Source: Promethearchaeota archaeon (GTDB lineage: Archaea; Asgardarchaeota; Lokiarchaeia; Sigyniarchaeales; SOKP01). Taken from it: DNA of 64,000 bases. Location: the NCBI GenBank assembly GCA_016839705.1, contig JAEOTR010000041.1, positions 32,001 through 96,000 on the forward strand. The letters run 5' to 3'. The position numbers were made by a program, and so were the translations under genes. How positions within the stretch are numbered: position 1 is the stretch's first letter; every line of letters starts with the position of its first letter. The notes beneath the pieces are model-generated. The model was not told the origin of the DNA. It saw only the letters and a program-made list of their open reading frames with translations, and searched no databases. Below are positions 30,574 through 41,195 of the stretch, piece by piece.

Positions 30574-30912
30574 AAGGCTAAAAAGATTAGATCTCATCCC
30601 TCAATTATCCTGTTTTGTTAATACCTGGTTTTTGCCTTTATGTCCTTAAAGATTCCCGTCTTTCCCCTTGATTTTATTGTCTAAATATAATTCATGACTA
30701 TGAATATTTAAAGTAATATATTAGTCATTAAAAACATGAAATTTTAAAAATGTACACTAAAAAAAGATTTTTAAAGAAAATTAGAATAGAAACATAATAT
30801 TGGATAATATGTATTTTGTAAAGTAAATAATATTAAAGAAAATTTATATTTAGCTTATGTGAATTAAAAACATGGTAGATTTTATCTACTAAATATTTAA
30901 TAATTAAGTAAA

Positions 30913-32001
30913 ATGTTTATAATTATGTCATCAAAGAAGTTCCTGTCAACAAAAAAAACAGCACAACAAACTATTTCTATTAGTCCTGCGCTTAAAGATT
31001 GGATAACAAGGTATGTCCGAGTAAATCACCAAAAAAATCAGAAAGATGATCGATATAAAAGTGTTTCAGCTTTCTATAATTATGTCATGGAAAAAACCCT
31101 GAGTCTATATAAAAAGGGAAAGACTCTGGACGATATTGAAAGAATTGAGGATAAAAAAATTAAAGATTTCTTTGATCGTTTTACATTTAAAGCTACAATT
31201 CCACTTTATGAAATGGTAATAGAGGATCACAAGTATTCGCCCTTTTCATTTGAATTTAATACCCGTTTTCTATTATTGTATTTAGATATGTTTAGGAGAG
31301 AAGTAAAATCACATAATTTTGAAGATGTCGACATTTTCTTCGAAAGGATAAGAAGTCGATATGCAAAGACTACAGTATCAAAAGAAATGAGATTAGACTT
31401 GTCTCTAGGTAATGATAGAGAACCTGCCAGGGGAATTTTAGAGTTTATCGGAAAATACAAGAATCTCCATTTTGAAAATTGTAAGTTTTTCGCTGCGGTT
31501 TTCGGTATCCTTGGAGTGCGAATTACTGATTTCATTTATTCACCAGATGATTATTATTGTCGATTAGAACTCCTTGAAACTGATCTTTTGTTTAACAGAG
31601 AAGATCTTGCAAAGAAAGAGAGACTGAAACTAATAGAAGAGAATGTAGAGTACATAATTAATTACGATAGGTTGCTCGAAGAAAAGGATATGTACCTGTG
31701 GGTGAAATTAGCTGACGATAATGAAGTATTTCTATCTTTCAAAAATCAAACCGCATTTAATAAATGGATTAAAACTATCGAGGTTCAATTGCAAAAATTT
31801 GGGAAGAAAGAAGAATTTTTAGAAAAAATATTATTATTCTTTAATAAACTTCATTGGATTGGAATTGAGAATAGGAAACACCTTTCTTTTCGAATTGAAC
31901 AAGTAATAGAAGAAACTAAAGAACAGAAACAGTATCTAATTAATTATCTTTCAAAATTTTCAAAAATCTCAGAAATGGAGGGAATTTATTACTTGAAATA
32001 G
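30913..32001 (+). CDS. Hypothetical regulator with N-terminal ribbon-helix-helix-like domain (paralog 2)
   Basis: QQTISISPALKDWI..YKSVSAFY; shared FENxKFxAAxFGxLG motif. Confidence 0.55.
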   Translation: MFIIMSSKKFLSTKKTAQQTISISPALKDWITRYVRVNHQKNQKDDRYKSVSAFYNYVMEKTLSLYKKGKTLDDIERIEDKKIKDFFDRFTFKATIPLYEMVIEDHKYSPFSFEFNTRFLLLYLDMFRREVKSHNFEDVDIFFERIRSRYAKTTVSKEMRLDLSLGNDREPARGILEFIGKYKNLHFENCKFFAAVFGILGVRITDFIYSPDDYYCRLELLETDLLFNREDLAKKERLKLIEENVEYIINYDRLLEEKDMYLWVKLADDNEVFLSFKNQTAFNKWIKTIEVQLQKFGKKEEFLEKILLFFNKLHWIGIENRKHLSFRIEQVIEETKEQKQYLINYLSKFSKISEMEGIYYLK

Positions 32002-32130
32002 AATTTATTTATAGGTAACTTAAATTAGGATAAAATAGATCTGTATTTCCACTTAACATTATACCCCAAACTTTTTTTAAAAATGATTATATCTAAAATT
32101 CTTGAGAAATTACTTTTTATGTGATTTATT

Positions 32131-34044
32131 ATGGAAGAGTTTGATTATGAAAAGCTGGGGCTCAAATGCGGATTAGAGATTCATCAGCAACTTGATACAG
32201 ATACTAAATTGTTTTGTCGGTGTCCTTCAAAGCTTCAAGGTACAAGAGAACCAGATTTTACTGTAAATCGGAAAATGCGCCCTGTACTCTCAGAACTTGG
32301 TGTTTATGATGAAGCAATGATTACAGAATACCAGAAAGGAATGGGAATTACATATGAAGGTTACAATGATGTCGTTTGTACATACGAGCTAGATGATACG
32401 CCCCCGTTTTCCTGCAACGATGAGGCCAGAAGGGTTGCTCTACAAATTGCACTGCTCCTTAATGCTAATATCATCGAAGAAATGCATGTAGTTAGAAAAA
32501 ATTACCTAGACGGAAGTGTTCCTTGTGGTTTTCAACGCACTATGATTCTAGGCACAGATGGTTTTATCACCTTAGACAGCGGAAAAAAGATTCGAATCGA
32601 TATATTAAGTTTAGAAGAAGAAGCAGCCAGAAGAATTAAAACAGAGAATAAAACAAACTTTTTCCGGTTAGACAGATTAGGAATACCTTTAGTTGAAGTT
32701 ACCACTAAACCCGATATTAGCACACCTGATGAATGTCGAGAATGTGCAGAAAGAATAGGTTTGTTATTGTGGTCAACTAACGTAAAGAAAATACTTGGCT
32801 CTGTTAGACAAGATATTAATGTAAGTATTAAATCAGGAACGAGAATTGAAATAAAAGGAGTGCAGAAACTTGGATGGATTCCTGTTTTAATTAATCATGA
32901 GATTTCTAGACAACTTAAACTCCTTGAATTAAAAGGGGAACTTGAAAAGAGAAAGCTGGATGAAAAAAATGCTAATCAGAAGCCAATTGATTTAACTCAA
33001 ACTTTATCTAAAACTAAATCGAAGTTTTTAACCAAAGGTATTAAATCAGGAAAAAAATTATACGGTATTACCTTCAGTGGTTTTAAGGGTATCTTTGGAA
33101 AAGTATTAATGGAGGATTATAGGTTTGGTACGGAAGTGAGTAGTAAAGTAAAATTAATTTCTGGATTAAAAGGAATAATTCATTCTGATGAGGATCTAAA
33201 CAATTACAATTTTTCTAATGAAGATATTAAGAAAATAGAAGAAAAACTGGATGCAAAAGAAGAAGATTGCTTTGTTTTAGTTTTAGGCTCCATGATAGAA
33301 GTAAATAAAGCAATGGATGTCATTACGAAAAGAGTAAAATATGCCTTTAAGGGTGTTCCTCCTGAAACTAGAAAAGCTCTTGAAAATGGAAATACAGAAT
33401 TTTTACGAGAACTACACGGGGGAGCAAGATTGTATCCTGACACCGATACGGAAGCGATTTTCAATCCTGAAGAAGATATTGCTGAAATAAAAAATAATCT
33501 TCCAGAATATCCATGGATTGTTATAAAGCAGTATTCTAAGAAATATAAAACCGAAGAAAGATTAATAAAAGATCTTATTTTTACTGGAAGGTTAAAATTA
33601 TTTGACGATTTGATAAAATTACATCCAGAGAATTCCTCATTGATCCTTAACACATTATTAGAAACTACAACCGCTCTTAGAAGAGAAGGGAAGAACATCG
33701 ATAACATAGCTGATAAAGATTTTATTGAGATATTTGATCTATTGAAAAAAAAGGAAATCAGTAAAGAAGCAATCGAAGATATTATGAACCTTAAGGCAGA
33801 TTATACAGATCTTTCTATTAACCAAATAAGAAAGAAGCTAAATATTGAAAGTATCTCCGTTGATGACCTTAAAAATTTGATTATTGAAATTGTAAATAAG
33901 AATTCTACTTTAATAAAAGAAAAAGGAATTAGAGCAAAAGGACCATTAATGGGAGAAATTATGAAAAAAGTGCGAGGTAAAATAGATGGTGCCATTGTTT
34001 CTAAGGAAATAGATAATGCTTTAAAAGAAATAATAGGGAAGTGA
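32131..34044 (+). CDS. gatE: Glu-tRNA(Gln) amidotransferase subunit E
   Basis: DYEKLGLKCGLEIHQQL, DGSVPCGFQRT, LDRLGIPLVE, RQDINVSI, GVPPETR, GARLYPDTD. Confidence 0.96.
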   Translation: MEEFDYEKLGLKCGLEIHQQLDTDTKLFCRCPSKLQGTREPDFTVNRKMRPVLSELGVYDEAMITEYQKGMGITYEGYNDVVCTYELDDTPPFSCNDEARRVALQIALLLNANIIEEMHVVRKNYLDGSVPCGFQRTMILGTDGFITLDSGKKIRIDILSLEEEAARRIKTENKTNFFRLDRLGIPLVEVTTKPDISTPDECRECAERIGLLLWSTNVKKILGSVRQDINVSIKSGTRIEIKGVQKLGWIPVLINHEISRQLKLLELKGELEKRKLDEKNANQKPIDLTQTLSKTKSKFLTKGIKSGKKLYGITFSGFKGIFGKVLMEDYRFGTEVSSKVKLISGLKGIIHSDEDLNNYNFSNEDIKKIEEKLDAKEEDCFVLVLGSMIEVNKAMDVITKRVKYAFKGVPPETRKALENGNTEFLRELHGGARLYPDTDTEAIFNPEEDIAEIKNNLPEYPWIVIKQYSKKYKTEERLIKDLIFTGRLKLFDDLIKLHPENSSLILNTLLETTTALRREGKNIDNIADKDFIEIFDLLKKKEISKEAIEDIMNLKADYTDLSINQIRKKLNIESISVDDLKNLIIEIVNKNSTLIKEKGIRAKGPLMGEIMKKVRGKIDGAIVSKEIDNALKEIIGK

Positions 34045-34049
34045 AATGA

Positions 34050-35408
34050 ATGAGTGAAAATTTAAAGGGATATAAAGGAGAGGGGAAAGAACTTTTAGAA
34101 AAGTATAAAGTAAATATTTGGGATATAATTCAAATTAAAACCGCAAAAACCAGTTATGAAGGGATAATTTTACCCAGAAGTGAATATTCTGTTGCGAATT
34201 ATATAAACCTTAAGTTAGAAAATAATTATAATGTTGGAATTAAAGTTACCGAAATCAAGGAAATAAAAAAGATTGGAAAAAGAGAAGCTTCATATAAAAT
34301 TCCTGAGAAAGAATTTCCAAAAAATAAGGCTCTTCCTAATGTAACTCTTTTAGGAACTGGTGGAACTGTTGCTTCACGATTAGATTATACCACTGGGGGA
34401 GTAATCCCATCCTTTACACCTGGAGAATTATTTAGTTCTGTTCCAGAGTTGGCTGAAATATGCAACCTTGATTGTGAAATGGTATTTGAAATCTTATCCG
34501 AAAATATGAAACATGAATACTGGCAGAAATTGGCCAAAAAAGTCGAGGAAGCAGCTAATTCCGGCATTGAGGGGATTATGATTGGTCATGGTACAGACAC
34601 TATGTCTTTTACTAGCGCAGCTTTGTCCTTCATGCTCAAAGATTTATCAATTCCCGTAGTGTTGGTAGGGAGTCAAAGAAGCTCTGACAGGCCTTCTTCC
34701 GATGCTGCTTTAAACTTAATTAACGCAGCTGTCGTAGCTAGCTCTGATATCGCTGAAGTAGTGGTTTCAATGATGGGATCATCTTCTCATACCTATGCTT
34801 TAATTCATCGAGGAACATTAGTAAGAAAAATGCATTCTTCTGTTAGACACACATTCAGAACCATAGATAGCATTCCTTTAGGAATGGTTCGAAATAGAAA
34901 AACCAAAATGTTTACCCAAGATTATAGAAAAAGATCAAAATCAGAAACGAAGGCAATTACAGAATTCGAAAATAAAATCACTCTAATCTATTCATATCCT
35001 GAAATAGATAATGAATTGATCGATTTTTTCATTGATAAAGGGTATAAAGGGATAGTTCTAGCCGGAACGGGATTAGGACATGTACCTACAACTCTTTATG
35101 ATTCAATAAAAAGAGCAATTCAGGAAGGAATAACCATTCTTATGACTACTCAAACTCTACATGGTTATGTGGGTATGAATGTGTATTCGACTGGAAGAGA
35201 ACTACAAAACATGGGTGTTATACCCGGTAGAAACCTGTTACCGGAAGTTGGTTATGTTAAATTAGGTTGGGTATTAGGACAGACAAGCAATCCTGAAGAA
35301 ATTAAAAAATTACTTCTACAAAATATCGCAGGTGAATTTGTAGCTAGAGAACTACCTATTGCTTTTAATTATAATATTGATGAACTTCTCAAAAATAAAA
35401 AACTCTAA
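34050..35408 (+). CDS. gatD: Glu-tRNA(Gln) amidotransferase subunit D
   Basis: KLENNYNVG, GTGGTVASRLDY, HGTDTM, GSQRSSDRPSSD, RKMHSS. Confidence 0.96.
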   Translation: MSENLKGYKGEGKELLEKYKVNIWDIIQIKTAKTSYEGIILPRSEYSVANYINLKLENNYNVGIKVTEIKEIKKIGKREASYKIPEKEFPKNKALPNVTLLGTGGTVASRLDYTTGGVIPSFTPGELFSSVPELAEICNLDCEMVFEILSENMKHEYWQKLAKKVEEAANSGIEGIMIGHGTDTMSFTSAALSFMLKDLSIPVVLVGSQRSSDRPSSDAALNLINAAVVASSDIAEVVVSMMGSSSHTYALIHRGTLVRKMHSSVRHTFRTIDSIPLGMVRNRKTKMFTQDYRKRSKSETKAITEFENKITLIYSYPEIDNELIDFFIDKGYKGIVLAGTGLGHVPTTLYDSIKRAIQEGITILMTTQTLHGYVGMNVYSTGRELQNMGVIPGRNLLPEVGYVKLGWVLGQTSNPEEIKKLLLQNIAGEFVARELPIAFNYNIDELLKNKKL

Positions 35409-35539
35409 AATCTCTTCTCTTAATAGATACAACAGTAAAACCTTTATTCATATCCTTTACATCACTTCTTAGCGAAAATGATAAAAAATTTATAGTTAAA
35501 ATAATTTAAAATTATATCCACAAAATATCGTGAAGTTTT

Positions 35540-36262
35540 ATGGGAAAACGAATACTTGCTCAGCGAAAAGGTCGAGGATCTTTACCATTTCGATCACCCT
35601 CACATCGCCATATAGGTGCTGTAAAATATCGTCCATTTTTAGAAGGACAAAATGAATTCACATTTAAAGTAATTGAATTACTGCACTCTCCTGGTAGAGG
35701 TGCGCCTGTGGCATTAATAAAATACAATGATGATAAAAAATCTCTATGGCTTCCTCCCGAAGGTATTTTTGAAGGTGAAGAATTCATCCAATCTAATTCC
35801 CAAACTGAGATTAAAGTAGGGAATATCTTACCCTTAAAAGATATACCACTTGGAACTTTAGTATTTAATGTTGAATCAGCTCCTCAAGATGGAGGAAAAT
35901 TCGCGAGATCCTCTGGAGTTTCGGCAATTGTAAGAAATAGAACCGGAAATAAAGTAGAACTTCTATTCCGTTCGAAAAGAACAAAATGGATCCATGAAAA
36001 ATGCTTAGCAACTATCGGTGTGGTCGCTGGTGGAGGTCGTACAGATAAACCTTTCCTTAAAGCGGGGAACAAGTATCATTACAATAAATCCAAAGCAAAG
36101 AAATGGCCCGTCGTTCGCGGTGTTGCTATGAATGCTGTATCTCATCCTTATGGAGGCGGCGCAAAACAAAGTCCACATAAATCAACCACAACTTCAAGAA
36201 ATAGACCTCCTGGACGTAAAGTAGGACAAATTGCGGCTAGGAGAACAGGACATCAAAATTAA
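35540..36262 (+). CDS. rpl2: 50S ribosomal protein L2
   Basis: MGKRILAQRKGRG, PGRGAP, WPVVRGVAMNAVSHPYGGG, PPGRKVGQIAARRTG. Confidence 0.97.
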   Translation: MGKRILAQRKGRGSLPFRSPSHRHIGAVKYRPFLEGQNEFTFKVIELLHSPGRGAPVALIKYNDDKKSLWLPPEGIFEGEEFIQSNSQTEIKVGNILPLKDIPLGTLVFNVESAPQDGGKFARSSGVSAIVRNRTGNKVELLFRSKRTKWIHEKCLATIGVVAGGGRTDKPFLKAGNKYHYNKSKAKKWPVVRGVAMNAVSHPYGGGAKQSPHKSTTTSRNRPPGRKVGQIAARRTGHQN

Positions 36263-36429
36263 AATCTCTATTCTAAATTTAATACAACAATCTATTGAAG
36301 CTTTAATTCATTTTAGTGCGAAAAATAGAGCATCTAAGATCTTATAAAGCTAAATCTAAAAGTTATTTAAAAATTAGAAAATATTACTTTTTAGCCCTAA
36401 TCTTATTTAAAAAAAGAATAACAGAATAA

Positions 36430-37320
36430 TTAGTTTGCATTAAAATTGAAACTAATATGTTGTAAAAACTCCTTATATCTTGAGCGAAGTGTTACTTCTG
36501 TCACCCCGATAACTCTTGAAATGTCCTTCTGGCTTATTTTTTGGTTTTTTAGCTTGGAAATCAAATAAATCGATCCTGCACACAAACCTTTTGGATCCTT
36601 GCCGCAAATTGATGTATTTGCTATGAAGTTCTTTAAAACTTTAATTGCCTCCTTCTCTATCTGAATATCAAGCCCTAAATCTGCACAATACCTTGGAATT
36701 AACGCAACCGGATCGATATGTGGTGATTTTAAGTTGAGCTCACGTACTAAAATTTTATAGCACTTCTTCACAATGTTATCATTAATCGATGCCTCGTCTA
36801 ATATCTCCTGCAAGGTTATTGGAACTCTCTCCTGCTTGCATACATAATACGCGCACGCTGCAATCATCCCATTAATAGACCTTCCCCGTAAAAGGTTTTT
36901 CTTAAATACCTCTTTATAAAGACGGACTGCTGCCTTCTTCACACGCTCAGGAAAATTTAAATTGCCACCAATTCTCTTTAACTCAGTTATGGCTATAAGC
37001 ATATTTCTTTTTTCCCATGATAAATGCGTGTTCCATTTAGCTGCCCTCCTTAAATCAGGATTCTTGATCATCTTCCTATCAATGATAGTACTCAACCCAA
37101 TATCCGGCATTAAAATAGAAATAGGACAGCCTGTCCGTTCTTTTTTATCCTTCTCCGACTTTGAATAGGCTCTTATACCACTATGAGAAATATCTACTTC
37201 TTTCTCACCTACAACTAAACCACACTGCTGACACACTGTCTCCCCTCTCTGGTGGATAGAGATTGTACCCCCGCCACATTCCGGACAAAAATTCGATTGT
37301 GGAATTACCTCAACGACCAT
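36430..37320 (-). CDS. tfb: Transcription initiation factor IIB
   Basis: CPECG..VCQQCG Zn ribbon, two cyclin repeats, GKDPKG, GVTEVTLRSRYKE. Confidence 0.95.
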   Translation of the reverse strand: MVVEVIPQSNFCPECGGGTISIHQRGETVCQQCGLVVGEKEVDISHSGIRAYSKSEKDKKERTGCPISILMPDIGLSTIIDRKMIKNPDLRRAAKWNTHLSWEKRNMLIAITELKRIGGNLNFPERVKKAAVRLYKEVFKKNLLRGRSINGMIAACAYYVCKQERVPITLQEILDEASINDNIVKKCYKILVRELNLKSPHIDPVALIPRYCADLGLDIQIEKEAIKVLKNFIANTSICGKDPKGLCAGSIYLISKLKNQKISQKDISRVIGVTEVTLRSRYKEFLQHISFNFNAN

Positions 37321-38131
37321 GTCTTTTTACCTTTTCCCAAATCTTATGTTTAATTTGTATTTTTGTTAATTTTTTACACACACTTTCAATGAAAAATCCT
37401 TTTGTACTCATAAAGGTGTAAAAAGTTATTCTTTGTTATAACAATAGATCCCTAATTCATATATAAATCTTTTCGTTATAAAAATTCCTTTATATATGCA
37501 AATTTTTCAAAATTTTTGTTCAAATTTGTTATAATATTTATATGGGTTATAATGTAAAAAAGTATGAAATATCTTTTATTGAAATGACATAATATCAGCA
37601 TAATACATATTTTGGGTAAAAATCCATAATAAGAAAGAATTGAAGTACGATTTGGGGGTACAAATGAGGTATAGCTAATTTTTTATTACAAAAATGTAAA
37701 AGAGAGAGTTATTTTTCGGATACAATTAACGACAAAAAACGACGTAAATCAAATATTCCGCAATTTTGACAAAAATATGGTTTGTGGTAAAAAAATATAA
37801 ATACGAATTTTTTGTGAAAATTTGTAATCAATGGAAGTTAAACCAGTTTAGATCTTTATATAATCAATTTATTTTTTATATCATCCTTATAACAGCACAA
37901 TTGATATTAGAAAATACATGAATCAAAGATATTATGAGAAAATCGATTTAAACATAATTTCGCATTGAAATCCACATTCTTATACATTACATCTAAAAAA
38001 AATTTAGTTAACTATTATTTTTATCCATAATGACATCTCGCAAATATTATCTAATAAAAAAACATTAAATACAAGTTCTTTTATTAAGTTTTCAACAAAA
38101 ACTAACACATTCATTTAGTGGTCAAAAAACT

Positions 38132-39082
38132 TTGAAGCCAGAGGAGCCAGAGAACCCATCTGATAAAATTATTGGTAATCCAGATGACATGGATTTAATT
38201 AAAATTGATTATAATTCCTTTGAGAAGACGGAAGATATGAAAAGATATGAGGATGAAACTGGCAAATACTCGGTATGGCGGGGCATTGTAACGGAAGGAT
38301 TTAAAAAGTGGCAACGAGGAGAAAAAATCTATCATCGAGAAAAAGAACGAATTTCACTCTATGTTTCCGATGAAACCAAAGCAAAATGGATAGAATATAC
38401 CAAAAGTGATGGCACTACCATTTCGAAGTTGATAAGGGAAGCGGTTGAGTCATTTATTGAAAATCAAGAGAATCATAGTAATCATAATTTATCGATGTTC
38501 GATCCTCAAACGATTTCCACTATTTCTCATACATTAAAAGAACCGTTAACTTCAATTAAAGGTTATTCGCAATTGCTTATTGAAAATTACCGAGAAAAAT
38601 TGAATGATCAAGTTTTAGAGACGGTAAAAAATATATTTGAGCAGAGTATTCTTCTCGAAAAGAAAATTATTAACATATTAGATAATATTAAAGTAGAACC
38701 TGAGCATGAAGTTTTACTAATTGAAGATGACCTTGCAACTATTCGACTTATTAAAAACTATTTTGAAAGTAAAGGCTATAAATGTAAAGGAGTTGTTAGT
38801 GGTTCGAAAGGATTGGAAGAATTAGGAAATGCTATTCCAAAACTGATATTATTAGATATAATTTTACCAGATTTGAGTGGATACGATATCTGTATAAATA
38901 TAAAATCTGATAATGAATATAAAAATATCCCTGTTTTTTTCTTAACTGCTATAGCGGGTTCTGAAGTACAGAAAAACTTAGAGGAAACTAAAGCCGATGG
39001 GTATATCTTAAAACCTTTTAATTTTTCTGACTTCGAAGTTATCTTCGATATTTTAAAAAAGAAGAGAAAAAAAGAAAAATAA
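38132..39082 (+). CDS. RHH plus HisKA (H-box) plus receiver-domain protein, paralog 1
   Basis: RISLYVSDETK..TISKLIREAVE; ISHTLKEPLTSIKGY; LLIEDD..LILLDIILPD..LTA..KPF; no HATPase domain. Confidence 0.8.
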   Translation: MKPEEPENPSDKIIGNPDDMDLIKIDYNSFEKTEDMKRYEDETGKYSVWRGIVTEGFKKWQRGEKIYHREKERISLYVSDETKAKWIEYTKSDGTTISKLIREAVESFIENQENHSNHNLSMFDPQTISTISHTLKEPLTSIKGYSQLLIENYREKLNDQVLETVKNIFEQSILLEKKIINILDNIKVEPEHEVLLIEDDLATIRLIKNYFESKGYKCKGVVSGSKGLEELGNAIPKLILLDIILPDLSGYDICINIKSDNEYKNIPVFFLTAIAGSEVQKNLEETKADGYILKPFNFSDFEVIFDILKKKRKKEK

Positions 39083-39382
39083 ATTTCTAGATATTTGAAG
39101 ACTCATACTAAATTCTCGAATATTCACCATTTCACTAACATATATAGGCTATTTTAGGGATAACACAATAATATAAATATTCTTGAGTAAGATATATAAA
39201 ATGATAAAAAACTACACAATATTGTAAACAACTATTTAATGAACTGCAAATTTTATAAAAAAAGGAATTATCTACAACAATGGTTATCAATTTTAAATAA
39301 ATAGTATACAAAAATATTAATAACAGAAATTTTACCTAATTATATAGAAATATTACTCAAAGAAGAAAGAGGGGGAAAGGAT

Positions 39383-40345
39383 ATTTCAAAAGAGAAAAAA
39401 AACTCCAATAACAATGATTCTAAAGATCTAGAAAATGATTATGAAAAATTAAGTTTCACCGATGAAGAAATAACGAACTTAAAGGTGGGGAGCAAACAAT
39501 TTGAGGAGTTAAGGAAATTATACGAAGATCAGACTCATAAATACGCCGAATGGCGTGGTACTATAACCGAAGGGTTTAAAAAGTGGTTAAAAGGAGAAAA
39601 AATCTATGACAGAGATAAAGAACGAATCTCTCTCTATGTATCAGAAGATACTAAAACAAAATGGGAAGATTTTAAGGATTCAAATAAATATTCGACAATA
39701 TCCGCATTAATCAGAGATAGTGTTGATTATTACATTGAACAAAAATCCGATTTTTTAAGTGGAGGATTACAGGGGATGCCTGAAAAGACCATCTCCAACA
39801 TATCTCATGCCTTAAAGGAGCCGTTGACAACTATAAAAGGCTTCAGTCAACTTCTTCTGGAGAATTACAAAGATGAATTAGATTCTGAAGTATTATCGAC
39901 AATAAAGAACATTTTTGATCAGTCTATGTTGCTTGAGAATAAAATTATTAATATTCTTGATAACATTAAAACAGAAGACGTTGAACATCAGTATGATATC
40001 CTCCTGATTGAAGATGACCTTGTCACGATTAGGTTATTAACGAGTTACTTCGAAAGTAAGGGCATTAAATGTAAGGGAGTGGTTAGTGGTACCAAAGGTT
40101 TAGAGGAAATAAGAGGTGGTGCCCCCAAATTAATACTTTTAGACATAATTCTACCTGATATATCCGGATATGAAATCTGTAAAATGATAAAAGATCATAG
40201 TAAATATAAAGAAGTGCCTGTATTCTTGTTGACAGCTATTCCTGGTTCTGAAGTTGAAAAGAAAATTGCTGAAACGAAAGCAGATGGTTACATCTTAAAA
40301 CCATTTGATTTTTCAGATTTCGAAATATTATTCCAATACATTTAG
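39383..40345 (+). CDS. RHH plus HisKA plus receiver-domain protein, paralog 2 (ORF-track start 39485)
   Basis: Same architecture, ISHALKEPLTTIKGF; frame open upstream to ATT 39383 after GAGGGGG. Confidence 0.8.
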   Translation: MSKEKKNSNNNDSKDLENDYEKLSFTDEEITNLKVGSKQFEELRKLYEDQTHKYAEWRGTITEGFKKWLKGEKIYDRDKERISLYVSEDTKTKWEDFKDSNKYSTISALIRDSVDYYIEQKSDFLSGGLQGMPEKTISNISHALKEPLTTIKGFSQLLLENYKDELDSEVLSTIKNIFDQSMLLENKIINILDNIKTEDVEHQYDILLIEDDLVTIRLLTSYFESKGIKCKGVVSGTKGLEEIRGGAPKLILLDIILPDISGYEICKMIKDHSKYKEVPVFLLTAIPGSEVEKKIAETKADGYILKPFDFSDFEILFQYI

Positions 40346-40365
40346 GATCCCAAGTTAAAACTTTT

Positions 40366-40809
40366 TTATTTAATTGACCCTAAATAAACATAGGTTTTTT
40401 TCTGTCGGTTTTTTTTAAGAATCTTATAACGGGTATATCCATCCAACAATTCCATTCCATTATTATTAACTATTAAAGGTTCGATGGAACTCCCTCGTAA
40501 TACCGATTCTTCCATCTCTTCAGCCCTCAAAGTTAATTCTTCTAAAAAATTATAACCATCTTTTTGATAATTCATTAAGTTAGATCTAAGTTTAATATCA
40601 TCCAAATTTATGATTACTAATTTAAATTTCATATTGGGTACGAGATTTAACCATTCAGTAGTCCATGTTTGGTCGGGAAATTCCTCATGATCACGTTGCC
40701 ATTCTTTTCCAATCCATTTTAACAAAAATGGCTTCAAATTGTTTTTGTTTTTTACTAAGTAATATGTGAAGTTGCCGAGTTTTTTATATATAAATATCTT
40801 TCTCATCAA
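40366..40809 (-). CDS. ParB/sulfiredoxin-like N-terminal domain protein
   Basis: IEPLIV...ELLDGYTRY motif. Confidence 0.55.
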   Translation of the reverse strand: MMRKIFIYKKLGNFTYYLVKNKNNLKPFLLKWIGKEWQRDHEEFPDQTWTTEWLNLVPNMKFKLVIINLDDIKLRSNLMNYQKDGYNFLEELTLRAEEMEESVLRGSSIEPLIVNNNGMELLDGYTRYKILKKNRQKKTYVYLGSIK

Positions 40810-40819
40810 GGAATAATAA

Positions 40820-40893
40820 CGGGCTATGAGGGAATCGAACCCCCGACCGTCAGGTTAAGAGCCTGCTGCGCTACCTGCCTGCGCTAATAGCCC
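40820..40893 (-). tRNA. tRNA-Lys(CTT), intronless
   Basis: Reverse complement GGGCTAT...CAGG CT CTT AA CCTG...GGGGG TTCGATT CCCTC ATAGCCC G forms a cloverleaf. Confidence 0.93.
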
Positions 40894-40916
40894 AAATAAT
40901 ATGTCCAATGAAAATG

Positions 40917-41018
40917 CGCAGATGGAGGGACTCGAACCCCCGAGCGCTCCCGCGCACTGGCTTGCTTGAATGCATTAGATACTCAAGGCCAGCGTCTTAC
41001 CAGCTAGGCTACATCTGC
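40917..41018 (-). tRNA. tRNA-Ser(TGA) with 19-nt canonical 37/38 intron (40963-40981)
   Basis: GCAGATG/CATCTGC acceptor, CTGGC/GCCAG anticodon stem, long variable arm, BHB helix CTTG/CAAG. Confidence 0.9.
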
Positions 41019-41195
41019 TGATTTAAAATTATTTTGTATTTTTATTTTAAAATATTGTAGTTCTATTAAAATAGATTATATACAGCAAAATAAATGTTTT
41101 TTCATTTTTTTCTTTATATCTTTAGAGCTCTCCCGTCGTTTTAAGAAAAATATAAATTTTATGATACATTGAATCCTACTTGAGATGATAAAAAT

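Noticed and set aside
37321-38131. Long AT-rich intergenic region as replication origin or CRISPR array
   Set aside because: No ORB-like repeats, adjacent cdc6 or regularly spaced repeats seen; most likely divergent promoters
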